From contig NC_087437.1 of assembly GCF_036321535.1 (NCBI RefSeq), positions 55,366,001 to 55,430,000 of the forward strand: 64,000 nucleotides of DNA, read 5' to 3'. This DNA is from Camelus dromedarius (lineage: Eukaryota). Under the pieces are notes generated by a model, which made no database searches, had not been told where the DNA came from, and worked only from the letters and a program-made list of their open reading frames with translations. This document shows positions 38,790 to 52,045 of the stretch, piece by piece. Position numbers and translations under genes: made by a program. Each line of letters starts with the position of its first letter. Position 1 is the stretch's first letter.

Positions 38790-39166
38790 TAGGCTCTCCT
38801 GAAGCTAAATATGCCCATTTGAGTACATTCTGGCCAGTAAGATGTAAGAGGAAGAAATGAGAGGCTCTTCTGAGAGGACTCCTCAAAAGGCAAGGAAGCA
38901 CTCTCCTCTGTCCCTTTCTACTTCCTCCTCCTTCTGCTGATAACGTGTATGTGATGCTTAGCCACCATCTTGGATCATGGATCCAAGGATCCAACCTAGA
39001 GGGGGCAGAAGGGGAAGCTGGAAGGAGCCTAGCTTCAGAATGACTTTGCAGAGCTGCTGTTCCACTCCTGAACTACTCATTTCTGATCTTCTTGTATTGA
39101 GAATGCGTGGTTCATGGTAGTTGGGATTTTTCTGTTATATGGAGCCAAACATCCTTTTAATTGACA
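38790..39166 (+). mobile_element. MaLR solo LTR (MLT1J/MLT1I-like)
   Basis: ttctggccagtaagatgtaagaggaag...gccaccatcttggatcatgg...gttgggatttttctgttatatggagccaaacatcc. Confidence 0.7.
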
Positions 39167-40099
39167 GAGCCATAGACTAGGAGAAGAGCTTCTGCCAACT
39201 CTGGAAGGCTGGGGATGGTGGAGGTGGCAGTTTCGTGTGGGAAAATGTTCATATGGCTCAGGATCCCACAGTCCCTGGTTCCAATTCCAGGCCTGTCACC
39301 TCTTTGCTTTACTATATCACTTTTCTGAGACTTGTGTTCTTAGCTCTAAAATGGACTTAGTCATATTCACCCTGTAAAGTTGTGAGGATTAAAGGAGAAC
39401 ACTGAGCACTGCCAAGCTGGTGACTGCTCTGGGTGCTTCAGACATATTATTTCCTTTCTACTTTCCAATTTGCTCTGATTTTTTTTTTTATTATTAGGAA
39501 GGTGGCCCTCTACATGTATCCTTTAAAGTATTACAAAATGCTCAGACATGGCTGCTGCCTGAACAGCAACTGGGTCCCTGAGCGGGGCATTGAGGACCAG
39601 AGATCTGTGTTGTAAGTTCCACAGGGAAAGAATGTGAATCATACACTCAACTCAAGGCCTGTTACTCCGTGGTAAACGAACGGAGTGTTGGAGTCTGTTT
39701 CCCGATAGGACAAGAACTCAGTGAGTTGTTTTGAGAAAACTCTGTTAGTGGGAGATAGGAGTCTATTTCTGAGAGCAGGGGAAGCGCAGGTTAAAATACT
39801 CCCAGGGACAAGATGATACTCCCAGTTCAGACCAACCAGGAGGCACAAATAAGAAGGGATGACGCCACAGGGATGCATAGAGAAGTGACCTTATACCCAG
39901 TACACGTCACCTGCAACACCTAGGGTTATACTTTTTAAAATTTGATGGGGCAGCAGGTGGAGGAAGCTGGTTCTAGTGTAAAACCTAACTTAAAATTAAA
40001 AACATTAGGTAATTAATAATTTTTGATTTTTTCAATTAAAACATTATTTCAGCTATTTCATATAGTTATAGTCTTTGTGTGTTTCCCTTGCATTTTTCT

Positions 40100-40880
40100 C
40101 CTTCATGGTAAATTGGATATTGCTGCACCCAGGTCCTAGAAATAAGCTTTAGTTGTAATAGTATTAATGTGATAATTCAACAAGTGGAGGACAGTAGCCT
40201 AGTAGTCTCTGTAGGGAAAGAGAGATGAATTATGTATCGGTCTTGCCCTCAAAAAGCCTGAGATCTAATTGGAAACAGGAAAAGTAAATCTAGTTTTCAT
40301 AGAACGTATAACATGACCCTAAATGACCTAAATAAACCCTAAATGAAAGGTAGAACCAATGCATTATGGAAACAAAGATGAGGTAATGTTTTTTTTTTCA
40401 GGGTGGGAATCTTTGCTAAAGGGACAGACTAATGAATTTTGGTAGAGAACAGTCAGGTGCCGCGTACACTGGGGGAAGAGTATTATCAAAAGATGCAGTA
40501 ATACATAAGTGTGGAAAGTTGTTTCAGAAACCATGGCTACGTTCCTAGGTGGCTGGAGTATGCAGAGGGTGGTGGGGGAGGGGAAGGCTGTTCACGGAAA
40601 GGGTCAGATGGCAGAATAAGGAGGCTGTCTGTATTCTGATTGGCTGGTGGCAGTCGCAGAGGCTTCACTGCAGAGGTTTTATGCATCCTCATATCCTTAC
40701 AGCCTCCAGCACAACATCAGTCTGTGGCAGGTGCACAGCTGTGTACTCAGTGAACGGCGAGGACATGGTGAGGACCTGATCAAGACTGGTAGTGGTGTGT
40801 GGGATGGATTGGAACATTGAGAAAAATCTGACCAGATCTTTGAATCACTCCTGGTGAGAAGTGTTGGATGCTTGATCTAG
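40100..40880 (-). mobile_element. L2 LINE fragments
   Basis: ggtcttgccctcaaaaagcctgagatctaattggaa and later purine-rich antisense L2-like segments. Confidence 0.5.
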
Positions 40881-41305
40881 GTGTGGAAAGGACAAGTCGT
40901 ATATAAGAATCTGAGTATCATTCTCTTGAGGGCAACACTGATTAATGGCCTCAGACTCCAATGGAGCAAAGTCACTTGAGATTCGCTTGGATGGAGATAA
41001 AGTCTGAAACCAGAATTGCCTCGGGGTTTATGGACCTACCACCCTCAGCAAGTATCAAGTTCCATCACACACTGTGATGAGCTGGGCAGCAGGCAAGGAT
41101 TTTGTCACACATGCTCTTGACTTTGCCTTTGGGGAACTGTGCCAAGAATGCCCTGGATTTGATCTTGGGTGCGGTGCTGTCCACTCACTCATAATGCCCT
41201 GGGAGGCGTGTTGACAAGGATGGGTGGATGGTGGGGTTTTGCTGAGCTATTTCTTGGCAAACCTCTGGGAGGAGGCGTTCCCCAAATGCCACAATCCTGT
41301 TATTT

Positions 41306-41477
41306 NNNNNNNNNNNNNNNNNNNNNNNNNNNNNNNNNNNNNNNNNNNNNNNNNNNNNNNNNNNNNNNNNNNNNNNNNNNNNNNNNNNNNNNNNNNNNNN
41401 NNNNNNNNNNNNNNNNNNNNNNNNNNNNNNNNNNNNNNNNNNNNNNNNNNNNNNNNNNNNNNNNNNNNNNNNNNNNN
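41306..41477. other. Assembly gap (172 N)
   Basis: Run of N in apparently unique sequence. Confidence 0.99.
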
Positions 41478-42011
41478 GAGAACCATCCCAAAACTTACAG
41501 GGCACTCACTGTACACTTGGTGTGAGAGCATCCAGTTTGAGGTTCTCTGAAACTCTCTGCTCTGAATAACAAGAAACCCCATCAGCGTTAGAGACTGCAT
41601 TTCTTTGGGGGAAATTCTTCTGGTCTTTGGCGTTATCATGACAGGATTCTGAAGCACAAATGGAATCCAAGTCAGGGATTTGGCTTTAAAGAGAGAAATC
41701 AGTTCTCTGAAAAAGAATCTGATTCTTCCTGGAATCCAAACACAGAGTCTGGGAAGCCAGGACATTGGGATCTTTCAGACATAAGGCACTCTTGACTTTG
41801 TTTTGCTACTTGTAATCAGTGTTTGAATGTTGGTTTTTCAGGCCTCATCAGTGTAGCTCTTCTGGTCTCTCTTTGGGGATAATTGTCTTATTTTATATAT
41901 TTTCTTTCCATTTTCACTGAATGAGACTGTTAGGACCTAACAATTAAATCTTATAACTTTTTGGGGAATCATCTACCTTTAGAAATTCGCAGTTAACATC
42001 CTCAGTGTTCT

Positions 42012-42038
42012 TGTTTGTTTGTTTGTTTGTTTTGTTTT
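42012..42038. repeat. (GTTT)n simple repeat
   Basis: Seen directly, immediately 5' of the SINE TSD. Confidence 0.85.
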
Positions 42039-42051
42039 TAAGAACTCAGAA

Positions 42052-42180
42052 TGGGGCGGGGGAAATAGCTCAGTGACAAAGTGCGTGCTTAGCATGTACG
42101 GGGTCTTGCGTTTTATCCCTAGTGCCTCCATTAAATAAATAAATAAAAATAAACTTAATTGCTCCCCTCTGGAAAAAAAA
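42052..42180 (+). mobile_element. tRNA-Ala-derived camelid SINE (vic-1-like) with perfect 12-bp TSD
   Basis: TSD AAGAACTCAGAA at 42040-42051 and 42181-42192, preceded by TTTTT (L1 endonuclease-type site). Head atagctcagtgacaaagtgcgtgcttagcatgtacgggg. Confidence 0.88.
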
Positions 42181-43237
42181 AAGAACTCAGAACAAGACAC
42201 ATATGAAAACACACAGCAAAAAACAAGGTATAAGCAAAAATACAAGTAAAAGACCATCCCTCAAACCTTCCAGATCAAAGGTTATTGTTTTTGGTCCTCC
42301 TATCAAGAATCTGTCTTAAACATACATTCTCCCTAATAACATGTAGCATCAAACTGATATGCTGTGACTCTCCCCATGATTTTCTGAATCATCTCTTAAT
42401 CACCAGCCATATGTTATTTTTTGTTTTTAACACTTCGGATGTTTTTACATTAGGGGTTGTCCTAATATCCACCGACATAGATCAGCTCAGAGAGAGGCGA
42501 CCTTACCCATGTGTACCAGCTTAAATACAGGTGAGGAGGGGCTTGTGCAACAGGTTGGACTGAACCCCCAGGCTCTGTAGGATCTGTTTTGGTGAGAGTC
42601 CATCTGGAGGAATGACTGGGGCACACTTGACAGAGTCAAAATTCAAGATGTGTTTCTTCTGATTTACTGCAGAAGAAACTGCTGATTGTGATGTGTTTGA
42701 ATTCTTTCAACTTGCTCTTCTTATAATTCAATAAATGAGGATGAGTTGTCAGAAATATAGGTTTTTGGAGTAGGAAAGATGTTTAGGTATCTAGGTCAAT
42801 TGTCTTCATTTTATAGATGTAAGCTGTGATCTTGGGGGACTATGGTCCAGATCCCCAATGGCAAAGCTGAGCAGAGCTTAAAGGTGGGTAAAAAAAACTA
42901 AGGGGGTTGTTCATTCACTTAAGTCTGTAAGTTCTAACATCTTTAGTTTTTCTTCTCATTACATCATCAGAAGACAGGGAGTTGGTCTAGGGAATGGGCG
43001 CACTAGCCTGGTGGATAATAAATGTAGAGTAAAGGTCTTGCCTTTCCATAAATGAGCTCCCTGACATTACTATTGATTATCTTCTCTCTTCTCTGGACTC
43101 TTCTCATTGCTCTGGTTCTGTAGAGCAGTGAGAGCAGTCTCTGATCTTCCAGGTGTCCCTCAGAGCTAAAGTTCTATAATTTGAAATTGTTTTCTGAATA
43201 CTCTCAATAATAATAATAATGGTGATATACTGAGGCC

Positions 43238-43260
43238 AAAAAAAAAAAAAAAAAAAAAAA
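43238..43260. repeat. Poly-A tract (A23)
   Basis: Seen directly; no TSD or SINE body recognised. Similar tracts occur at ~12555-12573 and ~31751-31770. Confidence 0.9.
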
Positions 43261-43739
43261 GTCAAAGGTCCAGGTGGTTTTACAGAAATTATCATATGGA
43301 AGAGAACATGCTTGGATATCAGCGTCAGGAGTCTTGAATTTGACCCAGTCCCAGCATTTAATCCCTCGTGCCTTTGTCAATTGTCACTGCTGGGGAAGAA
43401 GGTTTAAAAAAGGTTTCCCCTCCTCGCTTCTTAGAATTTTCCAATTGCTGTCTCTTTAAATTCTACTTTTCTGAAGTCCATGCAGTTCCCCTGGGCAGTT
43501 GCTGGGTGGCAGCAGACATGCTGAAGTGATGGCCGATGAAACAAGCAGAATGACACAGTGGTAGTTTTCCGAGGCACATTTAGCCCTGGATGGATGCCCT
43601 AGTCCTCACAGCAAGTGAGTGACGCAGCTGGGATGGCTGGTGGGGTTGGGCCTGGCAAGTGGGGGAGGAATCTTTCCTTTCCCATTGTTTGTCACTGGTC
43701 ATTTGGAAAGGGTGGTCAATAATTACAGTAACCACTCTG

Positions 43740-43960
43740 ATTTACGAAACAGCTGCCATGGACCAGACACTGTACTAGCTCTTTAGTGATGTCATTGTGA
43801 ATTCAAATATCCCCATTAGCAAGATGTTATTATCCCCACTTTACAGATGAGGAAACTGAACAAAAGAAAGATCATCTGAAATGTCCTCAAGGCCACAGAG
43901 CCAGCCAGTGCTTTATCTGGGATGAAACAGATCCTTATGGCACCAAAACCTATGCTTTTC
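43740..43960 (-). mobile_element. MIR SINE
   Basis: attattatccccactttacagatgaggaaactgaa...aaggccacagagcc. Confidence 0.8.
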
Positions 43961-46129
43961 CTCCCATGAGACCACTGAAAAAAATAAAAGATAAAGCCAA
44001 CAACAAAAATTTCATCTCTGTTTCTGAGGCGAGTGAATCCATAGGTCAGGCAAAATTTTGGCTCAAGAGACTACTAATGTCAACTCCTAGTACTTTAGTG
44101 TCTTGGAATCTGCAAGATCCTTGCACACTCATTATTTGATTGCATTTATACTGACACACACATACACACATAATCTCATAATAAATGCAGGAGGGTTGGT
44201 TAATTTTGAATTTTATAAATGAAGAAACTGAGGCTCACTTGAAGGTGAAGTCATCTGGGCAAAGGCCTCAGTAAATACTGCAGAGCTGGGTCCCTGATCC
44301 CTAGGTTGGGACATTCTCACTCAGCCACAGTACCTTGAAGAGATGAGTGGTTTTCTCAACATGGGCTCTCCTCTAAGGTCAGCTGGACCAAAGGTAGAGG
44401 GACAGGCTCAGGCCTTAAATAAATAGAATTGAGATGGTCTCCATCCACTTGATGACCCTTGTCTTTCAACACTAGGTGACTGGTCTATATTAATGATGAT
44501 GTCTGTGTAAGCAACAGCTGTTTACAGCGCTCTGTGCACAGCCTATAGCTCACTTAAGCCAGCCCATCCTGCACATAAAGAATGGTGAATGTGCTGCTGG
44601 TGCCAACAACAGACAAACTTAGCTCAGTGAATCCTGGCAGAAAATATAAAAGAAAGTAATCTAGAAAGTTTGAACAGTGTGCACACTTATATTTTACATT
44701 TTTTGTTTTGGGATAGAATATATATAAGAGCTTATTTCAAATCTTGAATACTGCAAGTTGCATCAGAGAACTTCTGGAACTAGAATGGACCTTAAAGATG
44801 ATGTAAGTCCAAAAGAGGGAAAGTTATTTAAGTCAAACTCATTTACGCAGTCCTGGATGTCCTGATCCCTTGGGATGAAGCTTGGGCTTGAGAACCAAAT
44901 AAGCTTGGATTTGAATCCTGTCTCTGTTATTTACTGGCAATATCACAGCAGGTTAACCACTTGATGTCTCTGAGCCCCAGTCTCATCTTTAAAAATAGAG
45001 AGAATTATAATAACTTGGCAGGGTAGTCGGTCAGTCTAAGTAGGCTAGTATATCCAAAAGCCTTGTGCTTGTGTGCTTCGCCTTTCTTACATACTCTGAT
45101 TACCCAGTGTCTCTCATTTATTTGGTTTGGATTCTAATGAGATCATGTGTTTTAGAGTTTGCAGCACTGATGAACTACACGATACAGGAGTACAACTCAG
45201 GCCTTGATGGGAAAAATACGGTGCAATCAATCTGTTTACAACGTGTTCACGTCATGGGTTAACCATGTTATAGCATGCTTTTCCCATATGTAGTTTTAGC
45301 ATCTATTATTACCTTGGGATCTGCTTTGACTTGTATTTCTGAACCCGTATAATTAAGTGTTATATTATAGTGGGCTTCACAGCATTGGGTAATGAAAAGA
45401 ATTCTGGCCTGTAATCAGCGGAACTTTGTGCCAGCTTTACCAGGCACTAGCTGTGTGATTGCAGGTGTCTCCTTTGAGGACTGCATGTGAGCATTGTAGT
45501 CCAGGTGATCTGTCAGGCTCTGAGAAGGTGTCCAGTTTGATCTGTCTCTGTTTCCTTCTACTTGTAGGTTTTGAGACCTCTGTGTAACGCTTCTAGTGGG
45601 CTGTGGGCAACTGTCATCCTTCTAACTCAAATCAACTCGGTAGTAGAAAGACTCAGCAACATCCCAACCATAGACCTCTCCTGCTAAACTGGGTGGGGTT
45701 TGGGGTTGTTTCTATTTCTGTTTTTTCTTTTGTTTTCAACCGCAGAGCCTCAATACTGAATAAGACCAGCGAGTTCACTAGACAGCTCAGGCAAGGACAG
45801 ATCTTTACAAAGTGCCACAGGTTACAGGAAGGTGGCACTAGAGACCCTTGTCTCAGAAAAATGATGAGGACTGGGATCCAGAACGGAACAGACTCATAGA
45901 ATCCCTCAGTTAGAGACCACCCAAAGCAGACATCTTCTCTCCAGCAACCCTGACAGGTGGTTATCCAGCCTCTGTTCGCAGGAGTTCTGACTTCTTGCCT
46001 TGCCTGTCCCACTCTGGGATGCTCTGGTTAGAATGATCTTTCCTGTATTGAGGTGAAATAAGCTCCTTTTGAAGCCGTCTCCTGTTGGTCCTAGTGTTTT
46101 CTCTGTAGCGACACAGAATCAAGAGTCGG

Positions 46130-46370
46130 TTCATTAATTCAACAAGTATTTAGTTCCTATTAGAGGTCAAACACTGTGCTGAGCTCTAGAGAGGCAGAAT
46201 ATGGTATCCTTTTTCCCCTCAGGGGCTTATAGTATGGTTGAAGAGTGCGAAAAGTAAAATGTCAGTTACAGTATGATGTAGCAATTGCTGCTATGTGAAA
46301 ACACGGAAGTCCTGTGGGGACCCAGAGGAGAGCCTCTTACGCAGATGAGGAGGGCAGGAAAGATAGTCCC
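46130..46370 (-). mobile_element. L2 LINE 3' end
   Basis: ttcattaattcaacaagtatttagttcctattagaggtcaaacactgtgctgagctctagaga. Confidence 0.7.
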
Positions 46371-49300
46371 AAAGAGTTTGAAAATCAAGTTTTTGTGTCC
46401 TTCATCGCTATCCTCTGCAGGTTGACTGTACCTCTAGGATGTGACAGGCAGTGCAAATTTGGAAGTCATAGACTGACTCAGGAGACTTAAGGTCTAATGC
46501 CAGTTTTTCTGTATTGTCCTTGTGAGACATGGAACACATCAACCCATTTCCCATAGTAGAGGATGCAAGTGGTACCATTTCGTGTACTAGTCCTTGACAT
46601 GTTAAAATGAACAGTTGGTGCACTTATCTGATGGATCTCCCAGTTTTGCCCTCCTCTTTATTTCTATTCCTCACTGGTCAGCCTAGAATAGCAAATCAGC
46701 CCTTAATTCTCCCTGTATCCTGGCCTTATCAAGTCTCACTGAGACAGCTCTTCCACAGTTTGTACCTGCACTGGGGTGACCCTTAGCTTGTGTCTGAACT
46801 GTTCTCAGTATTAAATTAAAAAGCATTGAATTAAAAGCACATTTAGAGAAACCCACAGAAATTTTAAACGTGCCCAGGCAAATGGCAAGTTGCCCCTGGG
46901 ATCTTTCCATTGACCAGTACAAAAAAGATGACTAAGGCAGTGTCTGCCCACTCCTATGTGGAAATAATGTTGTTTGTCTAGAAGCCAGTGAAAAATATGT
47001 ATGTTGAAGATGGCCTGATGATAGGTTATTTTGTACCCCAAATGCCTTGATCCCTCAAATCCTTTTTTTGAAAATTCTCGCACTACAATTTTTTCTCACT
47101 CATCCTTGGAGGGATTTTTAGAGAAAGGGCTAATGCCCCCGACTCAGGGGTCTGAAAACTCTTTGAGACTTGAGAAGTCATTGAGAAGTCTGAATTAGGT
47201 ATTACTCTTACCTGCTTCAGCCAATTCTGCAGAACTACAATGAGAACATGGACTCAAAGGGACAGTGAACTCATTGATTTTCGGATTTTGAAAGACTCGT
47301 GTGTGGTGGGGAGAGTAGTAATTTAGTCATGGGACTGAGGTAGGAGCAGTGAATATTCTCTGAAACTATGTCATCAGAATATAGATTTCCCAGTGTAATT
47401 TCAGTAAACTTGCACCATTGATTCAATTTTTTTTTTTTTTGCCAAAGAATCCCCAGGATTTGCTACCTCCTCTTATTTTTTCTTCCCCTCTAGATTCAGG
47501 GAAATGAAGCTTGTCCTTCAACTTTGCAATCAGTATTTCTCATCAATTGTTTTGGAGAGAGTTGACTCATTTTGATCATATTTGAGAACATATGAATAGC
47601 TTTCAATTCCTACCTTACAATGAATTGTGATCTATATTTCTTATAAAACAAATGAGGGCCACTAAGTTTTCTCAAGAGCCTATCTAGGGAATTTAGTGAA
47701 TTTTGATGTATGTATAAAAGTGAAGTTCATTATTGACTGTGATAATTATAAGCCACAAAACTATTCATTTATCAAATATTTATTGAGGGTAAGGCACTGC
47801 ACATATTTATGGCTTTTGGCTCTAGGAAGAAGAGAATGAAACACACATCACCCACAGGGAGGCTTGAAACCTTTTCCTTTTTGACTGAACTCCTCCAAAA
47901 TCAAGCTTCTGTTTGATAATTTGGCTCAGATAATGAGCAGCATGCATAAAAGTAATATTTCAAGGTTCAAATGATCTGTTCAAATAGAATAAGCATGTAT
48001 TGGGTATGAATACATGTGTATCACTCTGTTACGTGTCATAGTGACATAGAGCTAAGGGACATGGTCCCTGCTCTAAAAGGTGCATTTGCAGGAGCTAACT
48101 TGAGTATATGAACAGCTCTGCTTTAAGGTGCAGGAAGCTTATGCTATTGGAAAGGAGTTGACACCAAAGAGAGAATCCATACAGCTGTGGCTGTATTTGG
48201 GGAACATAATGGAAGTAATATATGACATGACTTTGAAGGAAGGGAACTGGGATGTAAAGAGAGGGTTAGGGGAAGAGGTTGTCCCCGGTTGAAGGTGCAG
48301 CAAGAAGAAAGCCACGTGGTTAAGAAAGAGCAGCAGAAGACAGAGAATAGTGAGTGGATGTAGTTTTGCTTCAGTATAATGAATGCATAGGGAATGATAA
48401 GGCTAGAGATGGGGCCAGATAAAGGAGGGAGGATTTGAACGCCAGTATACAGTGTCTGTACTTGCTTGGTGGCAATGGAGCTACTACTGAATTTTACATG
48501 AGAAAGTCCATCCATCTACCAAAAAATTTTTGAAATGCCCTGTATAGGTCAGGCAATATATAAACTATTGAGAATTCAAAGAAAGAAAATGGGCAATCTC
48601 AAACCACGTCTTCAGCAAGGAGAGGCAAATACATTTATTTTAATACAGTTATGAGTATTAAGAGGGACATCTTGTTCATATAACTAGGGGATTATGGAAG
48701 GTTTCTTAAAGGGAATGAACCTTAAGGATTGGGTAAGGATTATCTAGCTGGAGAAAATGAGTTCTGCTCCAATAAGACCTTGACACAGTTTACATGATCA
48801 TTGACGCAAGGAACACTGGGAAGAGAGAGCTGAGCGTGGGGATGGGGACAGAGGGATGGGGGAGGGAGGCAGGGAGGCCACTTAGGAGGCTGCTGTAATA
48901 CAGTAGGTAAGTGAGGATAGCCTGGACTATTGCGATGGCTGTGAGGATGAAGAGGTGATGACCGCTGTGAAAGAAGCAGCAGTTGCGGATCTTGATTTGA
49001 TGCTGGAAGTGAGGAGCGGGTGAGAATTGCAGAAGTGGAAGAGAATGAGGAAAGGAGTTAAAAATGGCAACAATTGGAAGTCTGGGAGGCCAGGAAGACG
49101 ATGCTACTATTGTTGGGGAATGTAGCAGTCAGGAGAAGCTGGTTCAGGGGAAATATGTGGACTTCAGTGCTGAGTGACTACCGAAAAGCAGAATAAGCAA
49201 ATTCCATAAAACCGGGCCATGAGCAAAATGCTTGGGTTATGATGTCATAGTTTCACCTTCTTCTCTCCTGGAAAGTTTCAGGCCGTAGGATAAGTGGCCA

Positions 49301-51368
49301 AATATAGCCTGGAGCTCATTTTAAAGTGTTGTTGTCTAAGGCCAAACGATCATATGTATTAACTGTAAAGTGTAAAAACCAGATCTTGTTAAAAATTCCT
49401 TGCCTTGGCTCTGGATGTTCTAAATAGTACCTTGGGACTGTTTATGATGACAGGTTTGGCCCTCTTCTCGGAACATGTGCATGCCCCCTTAAGCAAACTG
49501 CTTCCTCAGGAAGAGACCAACAGAGGTAGGGTTTTCTCCAAACACCTAATTTTCATTTCTTTCTCCTTTTTTTTTTAACTTAGTGGGTAAAATTAGTGAT
49601 TACTGGACCGCGTATGTACATTTAATGACCCCACATGCTTTAGGGATGAATCACAGTGGCCTCCTCTCTCTGCCTCCTCATTACTTCACTTCCAACTCCA
49701 TTTCTGTCTCCACTGTAATTGCAGCGCTGGGTGAGACGCTGCTGGAGGAGGAATTAGCTGAACTCTGGTGGTTTGGCAACAGAAAGATAGAGAGGAAATA
49801 ACATGGAACAGGAGGTCTATGTGAAACATGTAGCCTCGTGGCTTTCTGCCCAACCAAGGCAGCTTCCCCTATGGTTCCCAGCCCTCCTAGGGCTTTCAGG
49901 GCATTGAGTGTGAGATGGTGGTAAGGCCATATGCTGCTTTTGTCCCAACTATAATCATCTGGCTATGAAGGGCCACCTTAAAGATGCATGTATGCACACA
50001 CAACACCCCCTACTCTGAGATCCAGGGGGATCTCAAAACCATGTACATGTTTCAGAAAAACACTACATTCAAAGTAAGTAGAAGAACTGATTTGGGTTGT
50101 CGGAAAGTTTGGTGGAGAAAAGAATGCAGATAGTAGGGTGAAGTTAAGAATGGGAACACGATACCGCTCTATTCCAGTAGAAGCAAACTTTTTCTTTAAT
50201 GTGTGTTTTTTATTTGTAACTCAAGCCTCCCCAAATGAAAATGTGGCAGTAACTAAGACTGCACAGTATGCACATGTTAAACCAATGGACAGAATATAGA
50301 AGATTAAATGAACATTTATGGCTTGAAATACTCCTGAAAGCCCATTAATCCACTTGGGAGATCAACTGATGGAAAACCGTGTATGGGCAACCTCAAAGCA
50401 AATACCATGAAGGGCATGGGTAGCATCAGTCCATGGATTAGAGTGTACTTTTCAGCTTTGCTAGTCCAGGTCCATAGTCTATGTTGGAATTGCTGTTAGC
50501 CGGCAGAGGGAGATTCGTGTCTGCTCCGATGTGCTCAGAAATGGGGAACTCACTACCTCCTCAAGCAGCCTGTTCCATTTTTAATGACGTATAACTCTGA
50601 GAAATTTCTGTTTTGCCAAATCCGCCCCATCAGTGCTTCTTTTGCCTCTGTAGCCAAATGGAAGCCTAACTCTTCATATCTGTAAACGTGTTTCCGATTT
50701 GGGAACATATGATTTCTCAGGCTTTCTGTCTCCAGTCTGACTGACCATCTTTGAAGAGGACAGTCCCTTATATCAAAGGCCTCTAGTGCCGTGCCCTTCC
50801 TCATGCCCCTGCTTGCTTGATTTAGGCTTGGCACCTTTTCTTCTAGTGATGTTCTGTCTTTGTGGAGAAAAATGGTGCCATGACTCCAAGGCTCAGGAGC
50901 AGCAAAGGGCCTGGGTAACTTATTGTTTGGATCATCAGATCAAGTGTCCCTAAGGCGAGCATTTGGGTGGTGATCGCCACTCTCCTGGGTGAGGTGAGAG
51001 CATCAGGGATCCGGGGATCAGCAGGAGTCTTGGGTCTTCTAACCCAGGGTGAGGTGCCAGAAGCTGATGCTGGGAAATGGATTGACTTACAGACTGAGCA
51101 CATTGTCCATCCGGATCCATAAGGCCCCATGTCATTAACGTGGGAAATGAAGCTATGAGGAATACCTGTTTCTCTCCATCTCATTATCACCCATGTGCTC
51201 ATTAAATCAGGTTGGATGTGGCATCAAGGAAGGACAGAAGTGTGAGCACCTCTGCTTGGTGTTCTTAGGAAGTGTGTACGTAGGATAAAAAATCATAAAA
51301 TTCCACAAGTTTATTCCATAAAATTCCAAACCTTTCAAGATATACCTGAGGTCAAGTATGCTCCAGGC

Positions 51369-51594
51369 TGGAAGCCAGCAAACGTTTTCTCTTACTAAAG
51401 GAATAGGTCGTAAACATTTTATACTTTATGGACCATAGTTTCTATCACACGACTCAACTTTGCTGTTATAGAGTAAAAGCAGCCATAGACAATACATAAA
51501 TAAATGGATGTGGCTGTGTGACAGGAAAGCTTTTTTTCGATAATAACAGGCAGTGGGACAGATTTAGCTGTAGACCTTGGTTTGTCAACCCCTA
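51369..51594 (+). mobile_element. hAT-Charlie MITE, MER58A-like
   Basis: cagcaaacgttttct...aaagcagccatagacaatacataaataaatggatgtggctgtg...tttgtcaaccccta. Flanks CTCCAGGC / CTCTAGAG resemble a decayed 8-bp hAT TSD. Confidence 0.85.
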
Positions 51595-51789
51595 CTCTAG
51601 AGGGTGGACAGTTAGTGCGGTGGAGGATAGTCCTGGCGGCTCATAGCAAGGTCCTGTTCTGTCCTGTTCAGCGTTCCCGTGCATGATTCAGCTGAAGGCA
51701 GAGGGCACACCTGGTAAGTCTACAGATTTCAGGCAATCGAGAATGTTCTCTAATCTATTTTGCAATGTGATTAGGGTGCAGCAAAAGGC

Positions 51790-52045
51790 AGGTATAACCC
51801 AGTGGCTAAGAGCATTGCCTTTGGAGTTAGGTGGACCCATATTTAAACTGTGGCTCTGCCACTTTCTGTTTGGAGGAATTCTTCCTAAATCTTGTGAGTT
51901 ATTTAGCCTCTTTGAGTTTTATTTTCCTTGTCTGTAAAATAGGCATGTTTTTCCTTGTCTAAAAGGTTGTTGTAAGGATTAAGTAAATGATGTATATAAA
52001 GTATTTAATATGACAGGCACATAGTAAGCCCTCAATGAAAGGTAG
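51790..52045 (+). mobile_element. MIR SINE (near full length)
   Basis: cagtggctaagagcattgcctttggagttagg...ggctctgccactt...ttgtaaggattaagtaaatgatgtatataaagt...caggcacatagtaagccctcaat. Confidence 0.8.

Noticed and set aside
39664-39686. Small hairpins ACTCCGT-9-ACGGAGT (and CAGATCTA-7-TGGATCTG near 56874-56896)
   Set aside because: Stems of 7-8 bp occur by chance and are too short for a pre-miRNA or other structured RNA.
41169-41765. ORFs of 106-172 aa around the 41.3-kb gap (likewise those at 1.2, 14.3, 36.1 and 37.2 kb)
   Set aside because: Their length comes from N runs that contain no stop codons.
46584-46604. Possible full p53/p63 site GTACTAGTCC-T-TGACATGTTA
   Set aside because: Three consensus mismatches and a 1-bp spacer; expected by chance in 64 kb. 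No perfect tandem site was noticed.
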